From IMG/VR virus record IMGVR_UViG_3300031519_000013, positions 1 to 64,000 of that record: a DNA stretch of 64,000 bases; one strand, given 5' to 3'. Positions 35,989 through 45,764 of this stretch are shown piece after piece. The position numbers and the translations under genes are program-made. This stretch comes from a virus. Its lineage: Duplodnaviria > Caudoviricetes. The stretch's first letter is position 1. Every line of letters starts with the position of its first letter. The notes under the pieces are model-generated. The model ran no database searches, was not told the DNA's origin, and saw only the letters and a list, made by a program, of their open reading frames with translations.

Positions 35989-36708
35989 ATGCCATTACCA
36001 AAGATTGCGACACCATATTATGATCTTGAACTTCCCTCTTCTGGCGACAGTATTGAATATAGACCTTTCCTTGTAAAAGAAGAAAAACTTCTAGTCTTGG
36101 CTATGGAGAGTCAAGATCAAAAACAGATCACCAAAGCAATCAAAGAAGTTATCAAGTCATGTATTCGTGGAGAGATTAAAGTAGAATCTCTACCCACATT
36201 TGATATCGAATACCTTTTCCTTAACATTCGTGGTAAGTCTGTTGGTGAAGAGATTGAATTAAAAATTATTGCACCAGACGATGGTGTAACAGAGATTGAT
36301 GTCACTATTAATATTGATGACATTAAAGTTATCAAAGATGATGATCACAATAGGGATGTAGATCTTGGAGATGGACTTGCATTGAGATTGAAGTACCCTT
36401 CTCTTGAAGAGTTTATTACAGACAACTTTGACTTTGATGAGAATTCTTCTAATGTTGAGAAAACATTTGATCTGATTGGTTCTTGTATTGAAACCATTTA
36501 CAATGAAGAGGAGGCATGGCCTGCTGCTGATTGTAGCAAGAAAGAGATCAAAGAATTTGTTGATCAACTGAATACCAAACAGTTTCAGGACATTGAGAAG
36601 TTTTTCTCTACCATGCCTAAGTTATCACACACTGTTAAGGTAAAGAATCCTAAGACTAAGAAGTCTAGTGAAGTTTTATTGGAGGGATTATCTAGTTTTT
36701 TCGCGTAG
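35989..36708 (+). CDS. gp26: Baseplate hub assembly protein gp26
   Basis: MPLPKI, YRPFLVKEEK, FDIEYLFLNIRGKSVGE, LEGLSSFF motifs. Confidence 0.9.
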   Translation: MPLPKIATPYYDLELPSSGDSIEYRPFLVKEEKLLVLAMESQDQKQITKAIKEVIKSCIRGEIKVESLPTFDIEYLFLNIRGKSVGEEIELKIIAPDDGVTEIDVTINIDDIKVIKDDDHNRDVDLGDGLALRLKYPSLEEFITDNFDFDENSSNVEKTFDLIGSCIETIYNEEEAWPAADCSKKEIKEFVDQLNTKQFQDIEKFFSTMPKLSHTVKVKNPKTKKSSEVLLEGLSSFFA

Positions 36709-36722
36709 CCCTTTCCCACATG
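36681..36722 (+). other. Candidate -1 programmed ribosomal frameshift site
   Basis: GGAGG (36681-36685), 10 nt, then T TTT TTC (36696-36702); the -1 frame is open into the gp51 ATG at 36720. Confidence 0.6.
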
Positions 36723-36890
36723 AATTTGGAGGCATATTTTAGAATTAATTTTGCCCTCATGCAGCATCATAAATATAGCTTGACAGAGATTGAAAATATG
36801 ATGCCCTGGGAACGGGATGTATACGTTGAACTTTTAAAACAGCATGTTGAAGAGCAAAAGTTAGAGCAAGAGAAACAACGTAATGCTTAG
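36720..36890 (+). CDS. gp51: Baseplate hub assembly chaperone gp51
   Basis: Manual translation: NFALMQHHKYSLTEIENMMPWERDVYVELL. Confidence 0.85.
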   Translation: MNLEAYFRINFALMQHHKYSLTEIENMMPWERDVYVELLKQHVEEQKLEQEKQRNA

Positions 36891-38859
36891 TCTACCACCA
36901 TCAGGAGGAACTGGTAATAAGATTGTCCCCGCCAAACTATTTGGCAAAGATAGATATGACAAAATTTACCAGGAACTTATCTCTGATGGTAGGATAGGAG
37001 GTGAGAATCTATCACCGGATGAAAGAAAAGAAGGTGTAAAAGCATACAGAAGAAGTAAGATAGACTTCGAGAAGTTTGTAACCAAAGTCAATAAAGTTAA
37101 AGTAGAAGTTTCTGCATCAAAATCAGCAACACCACTCACTCCAAAATTAGCATTAGCTCCTGCTAAACAACAAGAGGTTGCACCTCCTCTTGACATGATT
37201 GAGGATGCAGATATTGATGGAATAGATCAGAAGTTAGATGATCTTCTTGATGAGATTCGCACTCAAACTGAGATTGAAGAGAAGCAAGGGGAGAGAGAAC
37301 GAAAGGATAAGGAAAAGGAAAAGAGAAGTAAGAAAGAAAACAAACTTGAATCGGCAAAGAAATTCTTACTGACACCAATCACACGGGCCCTGGCACCTGT
37401 TAATGATCTTTTCAATAAGATTATTAGTGGACTGTTTAAGATTCTTGCTGCAAAAGCACTGATCAAACTGATTGATTGGTTTACAGATCCAGAAAACAAA
37501 GAGAAGATCGATTCAATCGGTAGGTTTATTAAGGATTTCTGGCCTGCTATTGTTGCTGGATTTCTCTTATTTGGAACGGGTCTTGGTGGACTAGCAAAGT
37601 TTATTGTTGGCACAGGTCTTAACCTCTTAGTTGGTATTGCAAAAATGACCGCTAAGTTAGCTGTACTTGCAGGAAAATTAGCACTTAAAGGTGGAGCAGG
37701 TTTGTTAAGACTTGCAGCTGCAAATCCTCTTGCAACAGCAGCTGTTTTAACCACCGCTGCTGTTGCTGGCGGTGCATATATGGCATCACAGCAAAACAAG
37801 AATGAACGCGAAGAACAAAATAAAAAGGATGATAAATCGGTAGTCACTCCAACAGAAACTAAAAACACTGGTCAAACACCTCCTTCATCACAATTACTTG
37901 ACGAACAGATTCGCCAACGTGGGTTGAATATGTTCTCTGGTGGTGGCATGGCACAAGGAACTGATGTTGTTCCTGCCATGTTGACACCGGGTGAATTTAT
38001 TATGAGTAAGGGTGCAGTGCAGAAGTATGGAACTGATACTCTTGAATCGATGAACGCTGCTGGTGGTGGAACAAATATACCTAGAAAGATGGGTGGCACA
38101 ACATACGCTGCTGGTGGTGGTAAGATAGATGTAAAGGGAACTGGAAACTCTGTTGAAGGAACGTTGAAAATGACAGATGCTAGTGGTAAGCAAGTCGGTA
38201 AGACTTATGGTGTCATTAGTGGCACCTATGCTGGCATGAACATACCACAGAATGCCAGATCTACCACTCCACAAGCTCCTATTCCTGATGGTAGTTATAA
38301 ATTAGTTGGATTTGAGAAGCATGGTCCTTATCCTGGACTGGCTGGTATTGGTGATTGGAGTACATATATTGCAAACGGTAGTGGATCTATTGGTAGTCGT
38401 AGTGGATTAATGTTGCATAATGATATTGGAAGTAACGGAACTCTTGGTTGTATTGGTGTTGAACTTGGTGGTAAGGCAGGAACAAAGGCAGAACAGGAGT
38501 TCTTAAAAACATACGAAGCAATCAATCCACAGTCTATTAAGATTGCATTAGGTGGGGGTGGTGGTGATGCTTCTGAGATTGCATCTGTTGATAGAACTGC
38601 ATCACCTGATAACTCATCTAGGTTAGCAGCACTACAACCAGCACAATCAGGAGCTCCTAGGATATCTTCTGGTGCTATCACTCCACCATCTAGGGGTGGT
38701 AGAGCATCACCAGGATCTCAGAGTATCGTTCCCATTCCTACTGGTGGTCAAGGTCCTAAGAAAGGTGCCAGATCAGATGTACCAACTCTTGGTAGCATTG
38801 ATCCATTAAACATTGGACATCTCATAATGAGAGCGATGTATAATCTGGGTGGTGCATGA
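36883..38859 (+). CDS. Tape-measure-like tail protein with an L,D-transpeptidase-like (DUF2778/Tlde1) domain
   Basis: Helical N-terminus, DVVPAMLTPGEF motif, PIPDGSY...RSGLMLHND..GTLGCIGV. Confidence 0.7.
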   Translation: MLSLPPSGGTGNKIVPAKLFGKDRYDKIYQELISDGRIGGENLSPDERKEGVKAYRRSKIDFEKFVTKVNKVKVEVSASKSATPLTPKLALAPAKQQEVAPPLDMIEDADIDGIDQKLDDLLDEIRTQTEIEEKQGERERKDKEKEKRSKKENKLESAKKFLLTPITRALAPVNDLFNKIISGLFKILAAKALIKLIDWFTDPENKEKIDSIGRFIKDFWPAIVAGFLLFGTGLGGLAKFIVGTGLNLLVGIAKMTAKLAVLAGKLALKGGAGLLRLAAANPLATAAVLTTAAVAGGAYMASQQNKNEREEQNKKDDKSVVTPTETKNTGQTPPSSQLLDEQIRQRGLNMFSGGGMAQGTDVVPAMLTPGEFIMSKGAVQKYGTDTLESMNAAGGGTNIPRKMGGTTYAAGGGKIDVKGTGNSVEGTLKMTDASGKQVGKTYGVISGTYAGMNIPQNARSTTPQAPIPDGSYKLVGFEKHGPYPGLAGIGDWSTYIANGSGSIGSRSGLMLHNDIGSNGTLGCIGVELGGKAGTKAEQEFLKTYEAINPQSIKIALGGGGGDASEIASVDRTASPDNSSRLAALQPAQSGAPRISSGAITPPSRGGRASPGSQSIVPIPTGGQGPKKGARSDVPTLGSIDPLNIGHLIMRAMYNLGGA

Positions 38860-41747
38860 TGGTAGGACTTATTGGAGGAGCATTAAACGCTAGCAGAATG
38901 TTGCCTAGTAGAAGTGGGAAGCAGAAAGGTGGTGCTCTGGTTCAATCTAAGCGTCCCAGTCTTAGTCAATTTTATGGTCAGGCAAAACAAAAGGCATCAT
39001 TTGCTGCACCCACATTAGATAGAAGTAGTTTTTTCTCCGCACCAAAAATTGGTGATGTAAAGAAAGGAGCAACAAATGTAGAGAGTGCTGAGAATAAAAT
39101 TAGTCTAATAACTAACTTCATTAGAAAGGGGAATCAGAAGAGGAGAGAATCTTTTAAATCATATCTAAACACAAAACAAGACGAAAAGAGAAAGGAAAAG
39201 GAAGAAAAGAAAGAAAACTTTGCCAAAGGATTGGTAAAAGGAGTTGCATCAAGAGCACTCGCACCAGTTAAGAGTATCTTTGATAGGATTCTCGATGCTG
39301 TTGGTAAGATTGTTATTGCTAAAATTGGCATGTGGGCAATTGATAATCCAAAAGCTTTCACGGCAATTATTAAAGGAATTGATGCTACCTTAACAGTCAT
39401 TACAGATATCTTTATTGGAACTATTGATTTTCTTTCAACAATTATCTTCCATGGATATAAGTTAGTTGATGGATTTAATGACTGGTCAAAAGATAATCTG
39501 GGTGAAGAAGCAACAAATACCTTAACTGATATTGGACCTAAAATTGCTGCTCTTTTGGGTGGTGTTCTGTTGCTTGGAAAAGCAATGGAGGGTCAAGCAT
39601 TATCAGAACTCGGACGTAAAGATCCTGCTTCTAAACCTGGTGGTGGTGGTAAGGAGAGAACTCTCTCTGGTAGGACAAGGAGCACTGCTACTGTTAAACC
39701 TCAGAGATCTCCTGTTCAGCAAACAAGAATAGGGTCACCTGAAAGAAGACTTGCCAGAAATGTTCAAGTAAAACATGGTCATGCAGCAAGAGAGGTTTAT
39801 GAAGAAGCATTTGATGAAGCTCGTGGAAAGGGAAAGAGTGCATTTGAAGCAAATAAAACTGCTAATACAAAAGTTGATAGACTCATAAGAAAGAATCCAC
39901 AAATTTCAAAACCACAACTTGGATCTCTATCTGCGAGAGCAAATAGGATACGAGGTACAGTTGGTGGTCCTGGTGCTAGTAATCTTATTGGGTCTAAGGT
40001 ATTTGGAAAAGGTGTTGATAGAGCAACTCAAAGATTCTTCTTAAAAATAATCGGTAAAGGTGGCGTAACAGCTGTTAAAAAAGTGATGGGTAAGATACCT
40101 ATCATTGGTCCATTACTCGTCTTTGGTCTTAACTGGGCATCTGGTGAATCAATTGCTCGCTCTGCTTCTATGGCAGTTGGTTCTGGATTGGGACAGATGC
40201 TTGGCACTTGGGCTGGTGGTGCTCTTGGTGCTCTTGGTGGACCTCTCGCACCAGTAACAATACCACTTGGTGGTTTTCTAGGAGCAATGTTAGGTGGAAT
40301 TGGTGGAGAATTTTTAGGTGGACTTTTCTATGATGCGATCAGTGGAAAACTGGGTGGTAGTCCGGGTGCGGTTGGTTCAGCCTTAGGTAAGATGGTTGGC
40401 GTATTGTTTACTCAACAAATTCCTGAGATGTTGAAGGGATTTACTGAATGGTTTAGTAGTACAATGAAATCTCTTGGAACGGGATTCTTGAATATTATTA
40501 ATGCATCTGCTGAGTTCTTAGGATTGGACAATCTTGCTGACGTATTTAAAAATACTGTCGGCAAAGCATTTAGTGCCATTGGTAATTTCTTTAAGATGAT
40601 ACAAGAAATTGGATTCCCACCATTAAATCCAATTCAATTTGCTATGTGGGTTGCTGGCAATTTAGGAAAATTAAAGGATGGATTATTCAGTCTCTTCGGA
40701 GGCATGAAAGATTTTGCTGCGATGTTGGTTAATCCAATTGGATTTATTTTCAAGAATGCAATCATGCCATTCTTTAAAAACCTTGGTGAGATGTGGGCAA
40801 ATAGGGATAAATTATTTGATTTCTTAACGAGAGAAAATACTTTCTCAGAAGTAACGGGTACTATATCATCCTTGGGTGAAAGCGCATCATCATCATTAGC
40901 GGCAGGTGCTTCATCGGCAGTAAGTGCAACTACTGGTGCTACGACAACCACGGGAGATCCTGGTGGAGCGGTTTCTGCAACTGTTGCTGGTAGTGAGATG
41001 GATTTATTCAAACGACTTGTTCTTGCAGAATCAGGTGGTGAAGGTGAACTGGGTATGGCATTAGTAGCACGTAGTGTGATGAATCGTGCCGGACTTATTC
41101 AATCTGGTAAGGTTGGTCCTGGAATGTTCATGGCAAATGATAAGAGCATAACTGGTGTTATCATGGGTAGAGGTCAGTATCAACCAGTTTCTGATGGATC
41201 AATTAATACTCAGAGAAGTGATGCACAAATGGCAAAGGCAGCTGCGGCCATTGAACTCGCTAAGAATGTGAATCAATTAAGAACAAAACTTAAAGCTTCT
41301 GGCATGTCAGAAGGTGATATCAATAAACTTATAGCATCGACTGGTTTTAGAACCGGTGCTGCATTTAATGATCCATCTCAAAACGTCAACGTTGTTAAGT
41401 TTAAGAGTCATTACTTTAACACTGCTGGTAATGCAGGACTCAAAGCAACTAGTGCTAGAATAAGCACAGAAGATAATGCACAACAGGCACAGATTCCTAC
41501 CAACCCAACACCATCATCTCCATCAGCTGCTGCTGTCTCGACTCTGAGCAGAGGAAGTGGTGGTAGTGGTGCGGGAGGACCTTCTGGTGGTAGAAGGGCA
41601 CAGGTAGGTGATCAAGCAATCATTCCTGTACCCATACCATCTCAGCAGGGAGCACCCTCTGGTGGTGGTTCTAGTAATGGTGGATCTACTTCGTTAAATA
41701 GTCTTTATATGGCTCAACTGTTTGGGTTCTTATATAAACAAGGATAA
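38856..41747 (+). CDS. Tape-measure-like tail protein with a SleB/Hydrolase_2-like domain
   Basis: Long Gly/Ala helical region; RLVLAESGGEG..GMALVARSVMNR..SITGVI..GQYQP. Confidence 0.72.
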   Translation: MMVGLIGGALNASRMLPSRSGKQKGGALVQSKRPSLSQFYGQAKQKASFAAPTLDRSSFFSAPKIGDVKKGATNVESAENKISLITNFIRKGNQKRRESFKSYLNTKQDEKRKEKEEKKENFAKGLVKGVASRALAPVKSIFDRILDAVGKIVIAKIGMWAIDNPKAFTAIIKGIDATLTVITDIFIGTIDFLSTIIFHGYKLVDGFNDWSKDNLGEEATNTLTDIGPKIAALLGGVLLLGKAMEGQALSELGRKDPASKPGGGGKERTLSGRTRSTATVKPQRSPVQQTRIGSPERRLARNVQVKHGHAAREVYEEAFDEARGKGKSAFEANKTANTKVDRLIRKNPQISKPQLGSLSARANRIRGTVGGPGASNLIGSKVFGKGVDRATQRFFLKIIGKGGVTAVKKVMGKIPIIGPLLVFGLNWASGESIARSASMAVGSGLGQMLGTWAGGALGALGGPLAPVTIPLGGFLGAMLGGIGGEFLGGLFYDAISGKLGGSPGAVGSALGKMVGVLFTQQIPEMLKGFTEWFSSTMKSLGTGFLNIINASAEFLGLDNLADVFKNTVGKAFSAIGNFFKMIQEIGFPPLNPIQFAMWVAGNLGKLKDGLFSLFGGMKDFAAMLVNPIGFIFKNAIMPFFKNLGEMWANRDKLFDFLTRENTFSEVTGTISSLGESASSSLAAGASSAVSATTGATTTTGDPGGAVSATVAGSEMDLFKRLVLAESGGEGELGMALVARSVMNRAGLIQSGKVGPGMFMANDKSITGVIMGRGQYQPVSDGSINTQRSDAQMAKAAAAIELAKNVNQLRTKLKASGMSEGDINKLIASTGFRTGAAFNDPSQNVNVVKFKSHYFNTAGNAGLKATSARISTEDNAQQAQIPTNPTPSSPSAAAVSTLSRGSGGSGAGGPSGGRRAQVGDQAIIPVPIPSQQGAPSGGGSSNGGSTSLNSLYMAQLFGFLYKQG

Positions 41748-43036
41748 TGGCAGACGAAAAGGCAAACATAAAATCATTTGTCATCCAAGCAGCAAAGGAT
41801 GAGGGGAGAGGTATAGATGTAAAGAATGGTCTTACATCATTCTCATTCTATGAGAATATTTTGTCTAATAATATTACTGCTCAGGTAAAAGTATTTGATA
41901 GTGGCAATAGTATAAAAGATGACAGTGGAAATCTTGTTAGTATCGTAGAAGGATTGCCCATTCGTGGAGGTGAAGAGATAAGATTTGATATTGAGGATGA
42001 GAGTAAGAACAAGTTAAAGTATGAGTTATACCTGAACAAGATGATGAATCTTGATCAGTCTACGACTCAGGATAATTTTGAGATCCATTGTGTATCGAAG
42101 GAATGCTACTCAAATGAGATGACGAGAGTCACAAAAAGATATGAAGGAAAGATCTCTGAAAGTGTGACAACAATTCTTACAGAACGTTTGAAAGCAGAAT
42201 TCAAACCAGAGAATATTGAGGAGACATCTAATACTTACAATTTTATTGGTAATGATCGTAAACCATTTTATGTTTGTACGTGGTTAGGAACAAAAGGTGT
42301 TCCGACAGAGAACTATGGAAAGACTGGTGGATACTTCTTCTATCAAACTCAGGATGGGATGAATTTTAAATCCGTTGATAATCTTCTGGGTCAAGATGCA
42401 AAGAAAAAGTATGTTTATAATGAATCTGATACAGTACCAAATGGGTACGATAGGAAGATCTTAAATTATGATTTGAAACGTTCAGTTGATTTGCAGTCCA
42501 ACCTAATGTTAGGTACATATAAAAATAGAACTCTTTACTGGGATCCATATCAATTTAAATATGAAGCCAAGACTTTTGATATCACAGAACAAAAAGATGT
42601 CAAACATGCTGGATCGTCTGATGATTTTGACTTTGTTAATCCAGTTTTTACGGAAACGCCTACACGACTGATGACATCTATCCTAGATGTTGGTACAATG
42701 CCTAGTGGTAAAGATGCAAAAGATCAACTGAAAAGATTCATCGATAAAACAGATGAATCTAACGATAAAGTTATGGATCGCATGGTTCAGTCTGTCATGC
42801 GCTATAATCAATTGTACTCTGTTGTTACATCTATAACTATACCAGGAGATTTCAGCTTACGAGCTGGTGATATGATCCAATGTGATTTCCCCAGAGTTTC
42901 TGAGGACACCAAGGATGTTGATAAAAAATTGAGTGGTAAATACTTAATAGCAAGTTTATGCCACTTTGTATCTCCAAAGGAGTGTTACACACAATTAGGA
43001 CTGATCAGAGACTCATACGGGAGGAAAACAAGTTAA
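41747..43036 (+). CDS. Baseplate hub protein (gp27-like)
   Basis: FYENIL, LPIRGGE, FFYQTQDG.NFKS, IPGDFSLRAGD, SGKYLI pattern; precedes gp5. Confidence 0.7.
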   Translation: MADEKANIKSFVIQAAKDEGRGIDVKNGLTSFSFYENILSNNITAQVKVFDSGNSIKDDSGNLVSIVEGLPIRGGEEIRFDIEDESKNKLKYELYLNKMMNLDQSTTQDNFEIHCVSKECYSNEMTRVTKRYEGKISESVTTILTERLKAEFKPENIEETSNTYNFIGNDRKPFYVCTWLGTKGVPTENYGKTGGYFFYQTQDGMNFKSVDNLLGQDAKKKYVYNESDTVPNGYDRKILNYDLKRSVDLQSNLMLGTYKNRTLYWDPYQFKYEAKTFDITEQKDVKHAGSSDDFDFVNPVFTETPTRLMTSILDVGTMPSGKDAKDQLKRFIDKTDESNDKVMDRMVQSVMRYNQLYSVVTSITIPGDFSLRAGDMIQCDFPRVSEDTKDVDKKLSGKYLIASLCHFVSPKECYTQLGLIRDSYGRKTS

Positions 43037-43263
43037 TGGAAAACATCGAAACACACATCGCTAAGGACAAAGAAATCCTTGACAATCCTTTGATTTCTCC
43101 AAATCAACGGAGGCATATTGAAGGTGAACTACATGAACTAGAAGTTTATGCTAAAAATCATCGGGAAGAAATTGAAGCAGGAGATCATCATGATCCCACA
43201 GCATTAGAACTCTTCTGTGAGATGGAACCAGAAGCAGATGAATGTAGAATTTACGACGACTAA
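43036..43263 (+). CDS. cp12: Calvin cycle inhibitor CP12
   Basis: True start at 43036; DPTALELFCEMEPEADECRIYDD C-terminal motif. Confidence 0.92.
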   Translation: MENIETHIAKDKEILDNPLISPNQRRHIEGELHELEVYAKNHREEIEAGDHHDPTALELFCEMEPEADECRIYDD

Positions 43264-45764
43264 TGTTAGAACAAGGACTTCTAAAAAAGAATTTTGTAGG
43301 AAGAGACGGGTTCTTCTGGTGGATTGGACAGGTAGTTGATTCCAAGAAATGGAAAGACAACTCACCTGGTTTCCCATCGAAAGATCTTCCTGGCATGAAA
43401 CGCCGGGTGAAGGTTCGCATTATGGGATACCATACTGCACAAGTAAAAGAACTTACGGATGATGATCTACCATGGGCATACTGTATGATGCCTGTCACTG
43501 CTGGTGGAAACCAGGGTGGCATGTCTCAGAGTGTGAACTTCTCTGGTGGAGAATGGGTCTTCGGTTTCTTCCTTGATGGTGAAGATGGACAACAACCTGT
43601 TGTCATGGGAGTCCTTGATAAGTCAAGTCAAGTCACATTCCCCAAAGAAATACCTGACGTTGGATTCACACCATTCAGTGGATTTACTAATGGTCTGGTA
43701 GAATCACAACACAATATCAAAGAAGATGGAGCACCATCTGAATCTGATACTTCTCAACCATCTGTTCCTGCTGGTAGTAGTGGAACAAAAGTTAAAAAAA
43801 CTCTTGCAACTGAGGGAGCACAATTAGAATCAGTTAGACAAGACATTCCTGATCATGGAACAAAAGCAGCACATGAGAACGCAAAGAATACTGGTGAAGT
43901 AAAACCAGCACAGGGATGTGCTGATGATAATCCACAAGCTGGAATTAAACTTGCTTTGACTCGCCTTCAAAAACAGATGGCGTTTATTGAGGAGCAACAA
44001 GGGATCTTCCTTGATCCATTGTCACAGAAGTTGGGTGACATTCAGGGTGAGATGGAAAGAGCAACTCAGAATGTGAATGGATATGTGAAAGACATCATGG
44101 CCAAGGTTCGTGCTGTTGCTCTTACAGAAACTGCCAGAGAGATGGCAAGGGTATCAATCAATTTACCGATTGATGCAATGGGAGGATTCAAAGACCAACT
44201 TGATGAAGCACTAGAAGGTCTTGGTTGTCTCTTTGAAAATGTTATTGGTGGACTGAACAATACTCTCAATGGTCTACTACAAGACATGATGGGTAAAGTG
44301 ACTGGGGTTCTTGATTGTATCGTTAACGATGTGATTGGTGGTATGTTGGATTCTGCCTTGGGTGCAGTCAACGGTATCATGAATTCTATCACTGGTATCT
44401 TTGATAGTCTTGCTGGTGGTCTTGGTGATGGACTTGGTGGATTGATTGGTGCCATTCAAATTCCTCTGATTGCAGCAGTAGATTTTATCTCATCGCTCAA
44501 AAGTCTCTTCTCATGTCAGTCTGATACTGAATGTGGAGAAATCGCTCAGGCAAACATGTTGAGTGGTAATGCATCAGAAGGACCTGGTGATTTCTTAGGT
44601 CTCATCAGTTCTGCCATGGGTGGTGGTGGAGTAGTTCCAGAACCTGTTGGTTCTGTTCTTAATGCGGCAGAGGGTATCAGAGATTCTGTTACTGGTGTTG
44701 CTGATGCAGCATCAGGTCTCGTTAATAATGTAGAGTCTGCTATTGATACAGTTGGCAATACGCTTCAAACTGTTGCTGGTATTCCTGGTGAGGCACTTGA
44801 AGGACTCAAAGCATGTAATCCATTCGCGGATGAATGTACACCACCTCTCGCAGTAATTTTTGGTGGTGGAACAGTTGCTGCAACTGCCAATACTATTATC
44901 AATCAATCGGGAAGAATCCTTGGCGTTGATTTGAATGGTAGTGAGGTATTGAATCGTGTTTATAATTCTGTACCATCTATTAATATCAAGAGCAACTGTG
45001 GTCAAGGTGGTGGTGCCAGCGGCAAAGTTAGATTAAATTCTGATGGATCTATTAGTAAAGTGATTATTGTTAAGTCAGGAGTCAATTTCCCACCAGCTCC
45101 GGATGGATCTGTTGGTGGAAATGGTGGAATATTTTGTGCTGGCGATAATTGTATTATCAGAACTCCTGATGGAGACAACCAATCATTTGTACCTGGTAGA
45201 GATGTCACCACTATTCCTGGTTCTTTGATTTATATTCCCAAAGGAAGCAGTATTGTTTTCCCTGACGGAACACTTGATGAAGAAGGGAATGATGCTAGTG
45301 GACTACAACCAGGCAGGGGATTGACTGTTCCCAATGGATTTGATGTTCCCGTGGAATTTTCTTTCAGAACACCGACACCAGAACTTGATGATGACATTGA
45401 TGCGGATCTTGCATACCCAGTGATTATGGAACTAGATGAGATTGATCTTACAAGAAGTGGAATCTCTTACAACAATGGTGATACAATTACTGTCAGTGGT
45501 GATGGAAATGAGTTGACATACAACCCAATTCTTTCTGTAAATGGATCAATTATTGGTGTTCAGATTCCAGATGGAGATAGGGGTCAAGGATTTACTTCTA
45601 TTCCTGATGTCACTATAAATACATCTACCGGTGCCGGTGCTCAGCTGACACCAATTCTTCGTGTTAAGTACAGGGGAAGAGATAGTATTAACGAAGTGAT
45701 TGATTCTGTCACCCAAGATCAAATTATTAGTGTCGTTGATTGCGTAGGAAAATTTAATGTCTGA
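43263..45764 (+). CDS. gp5: Baseplate hub/spike gp5 (OB-fold N-terminus)
   Basis: FFWWIGQV, RVKVRIMGYH, DLPWA, GEWVFGFFLDG..QQPVVMG motifs. Confidence 0.85.
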   Translation: MLEQGLLKKNFVGRDGFFWWIGQVVDSKKWKDNSPGFPSKDLPGMKRRVKVRIMGYHTAQVKELTDDDLPWAYCMMPVTAGGNQGGMSQSVNFSGGEWVFGFFLDGEDGQQPVVMGVLDKSSQVTFPKEIPDVGFTPFSGFTNGLVESQHNIKEDGAPSESDTSQPSVPAGSSGTKVKKTLATEGAQLESVRQDIPDHGTKAAHENAKNTGEVKPAQGCADDNPQAGIKLALTRLQKQMAFIEEQQGIFLDPLSQKLGDIQGEMERATQNVNGYVKDIMAKVRAVALTETAREMARVSINLPIDAMGGFKDQLDEALEGLGCLFENVIGGLNNTLNGLLQDMMGKVTGVLDCIVNDVIGGMLDSALGAVNGIMNSITGIFDSLAGGLGDGLGGLIGAIQIPLIAAVDFISSLKSLFSCQSDTECGEIAQANMLSGNASEGPGDFLGLISSAMGGGGVVPEPVGSVLNAAEGIRDSVTGVADAASGLVNNVESAIDTVGNTLQTVAGIPGEALEGLKACNPFADECTPPLAVIFGGGTVAATANTIINQSGRILGVDLNGSEVLNRVYNSVPSINIKSNCGQGGGASGKVRLNSDGSISKVIIVKSGVNFPPAPDGSVGGNGGIFCAGDNCIIRTPDGDNQSFVPGRDVTTIPGSLIYIPKGSSIVFPDGTLDEEGNDASGLQPGRGLTVPNGFDVPVEFSFRTPTPELDDDIDADLAYPVIMELDEIDLTRSGISYNNGDTITVSGDGNELTYNPILSVNGSIIGVQIPDGDRGQGFTSIPDVTINTSTGAGAQLTPILRVKYRGRDSINEVIDSVTQDQIISVVDCVGKFNV

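Noticed and set aside
37263-41011. Long antisense ORFs (201 aa, 125 aa and others) opposite the tape-measure-like genes
   Set aside because: Expected from the biased Gly/Ala codon usage on the sense strand; low-complexity translations with no motifs
42958-43035. Extended CP12 start from the ORF track
   Set aside because: TAATG coupling at 43036 gives the typical phage CP12 of about 75 aa
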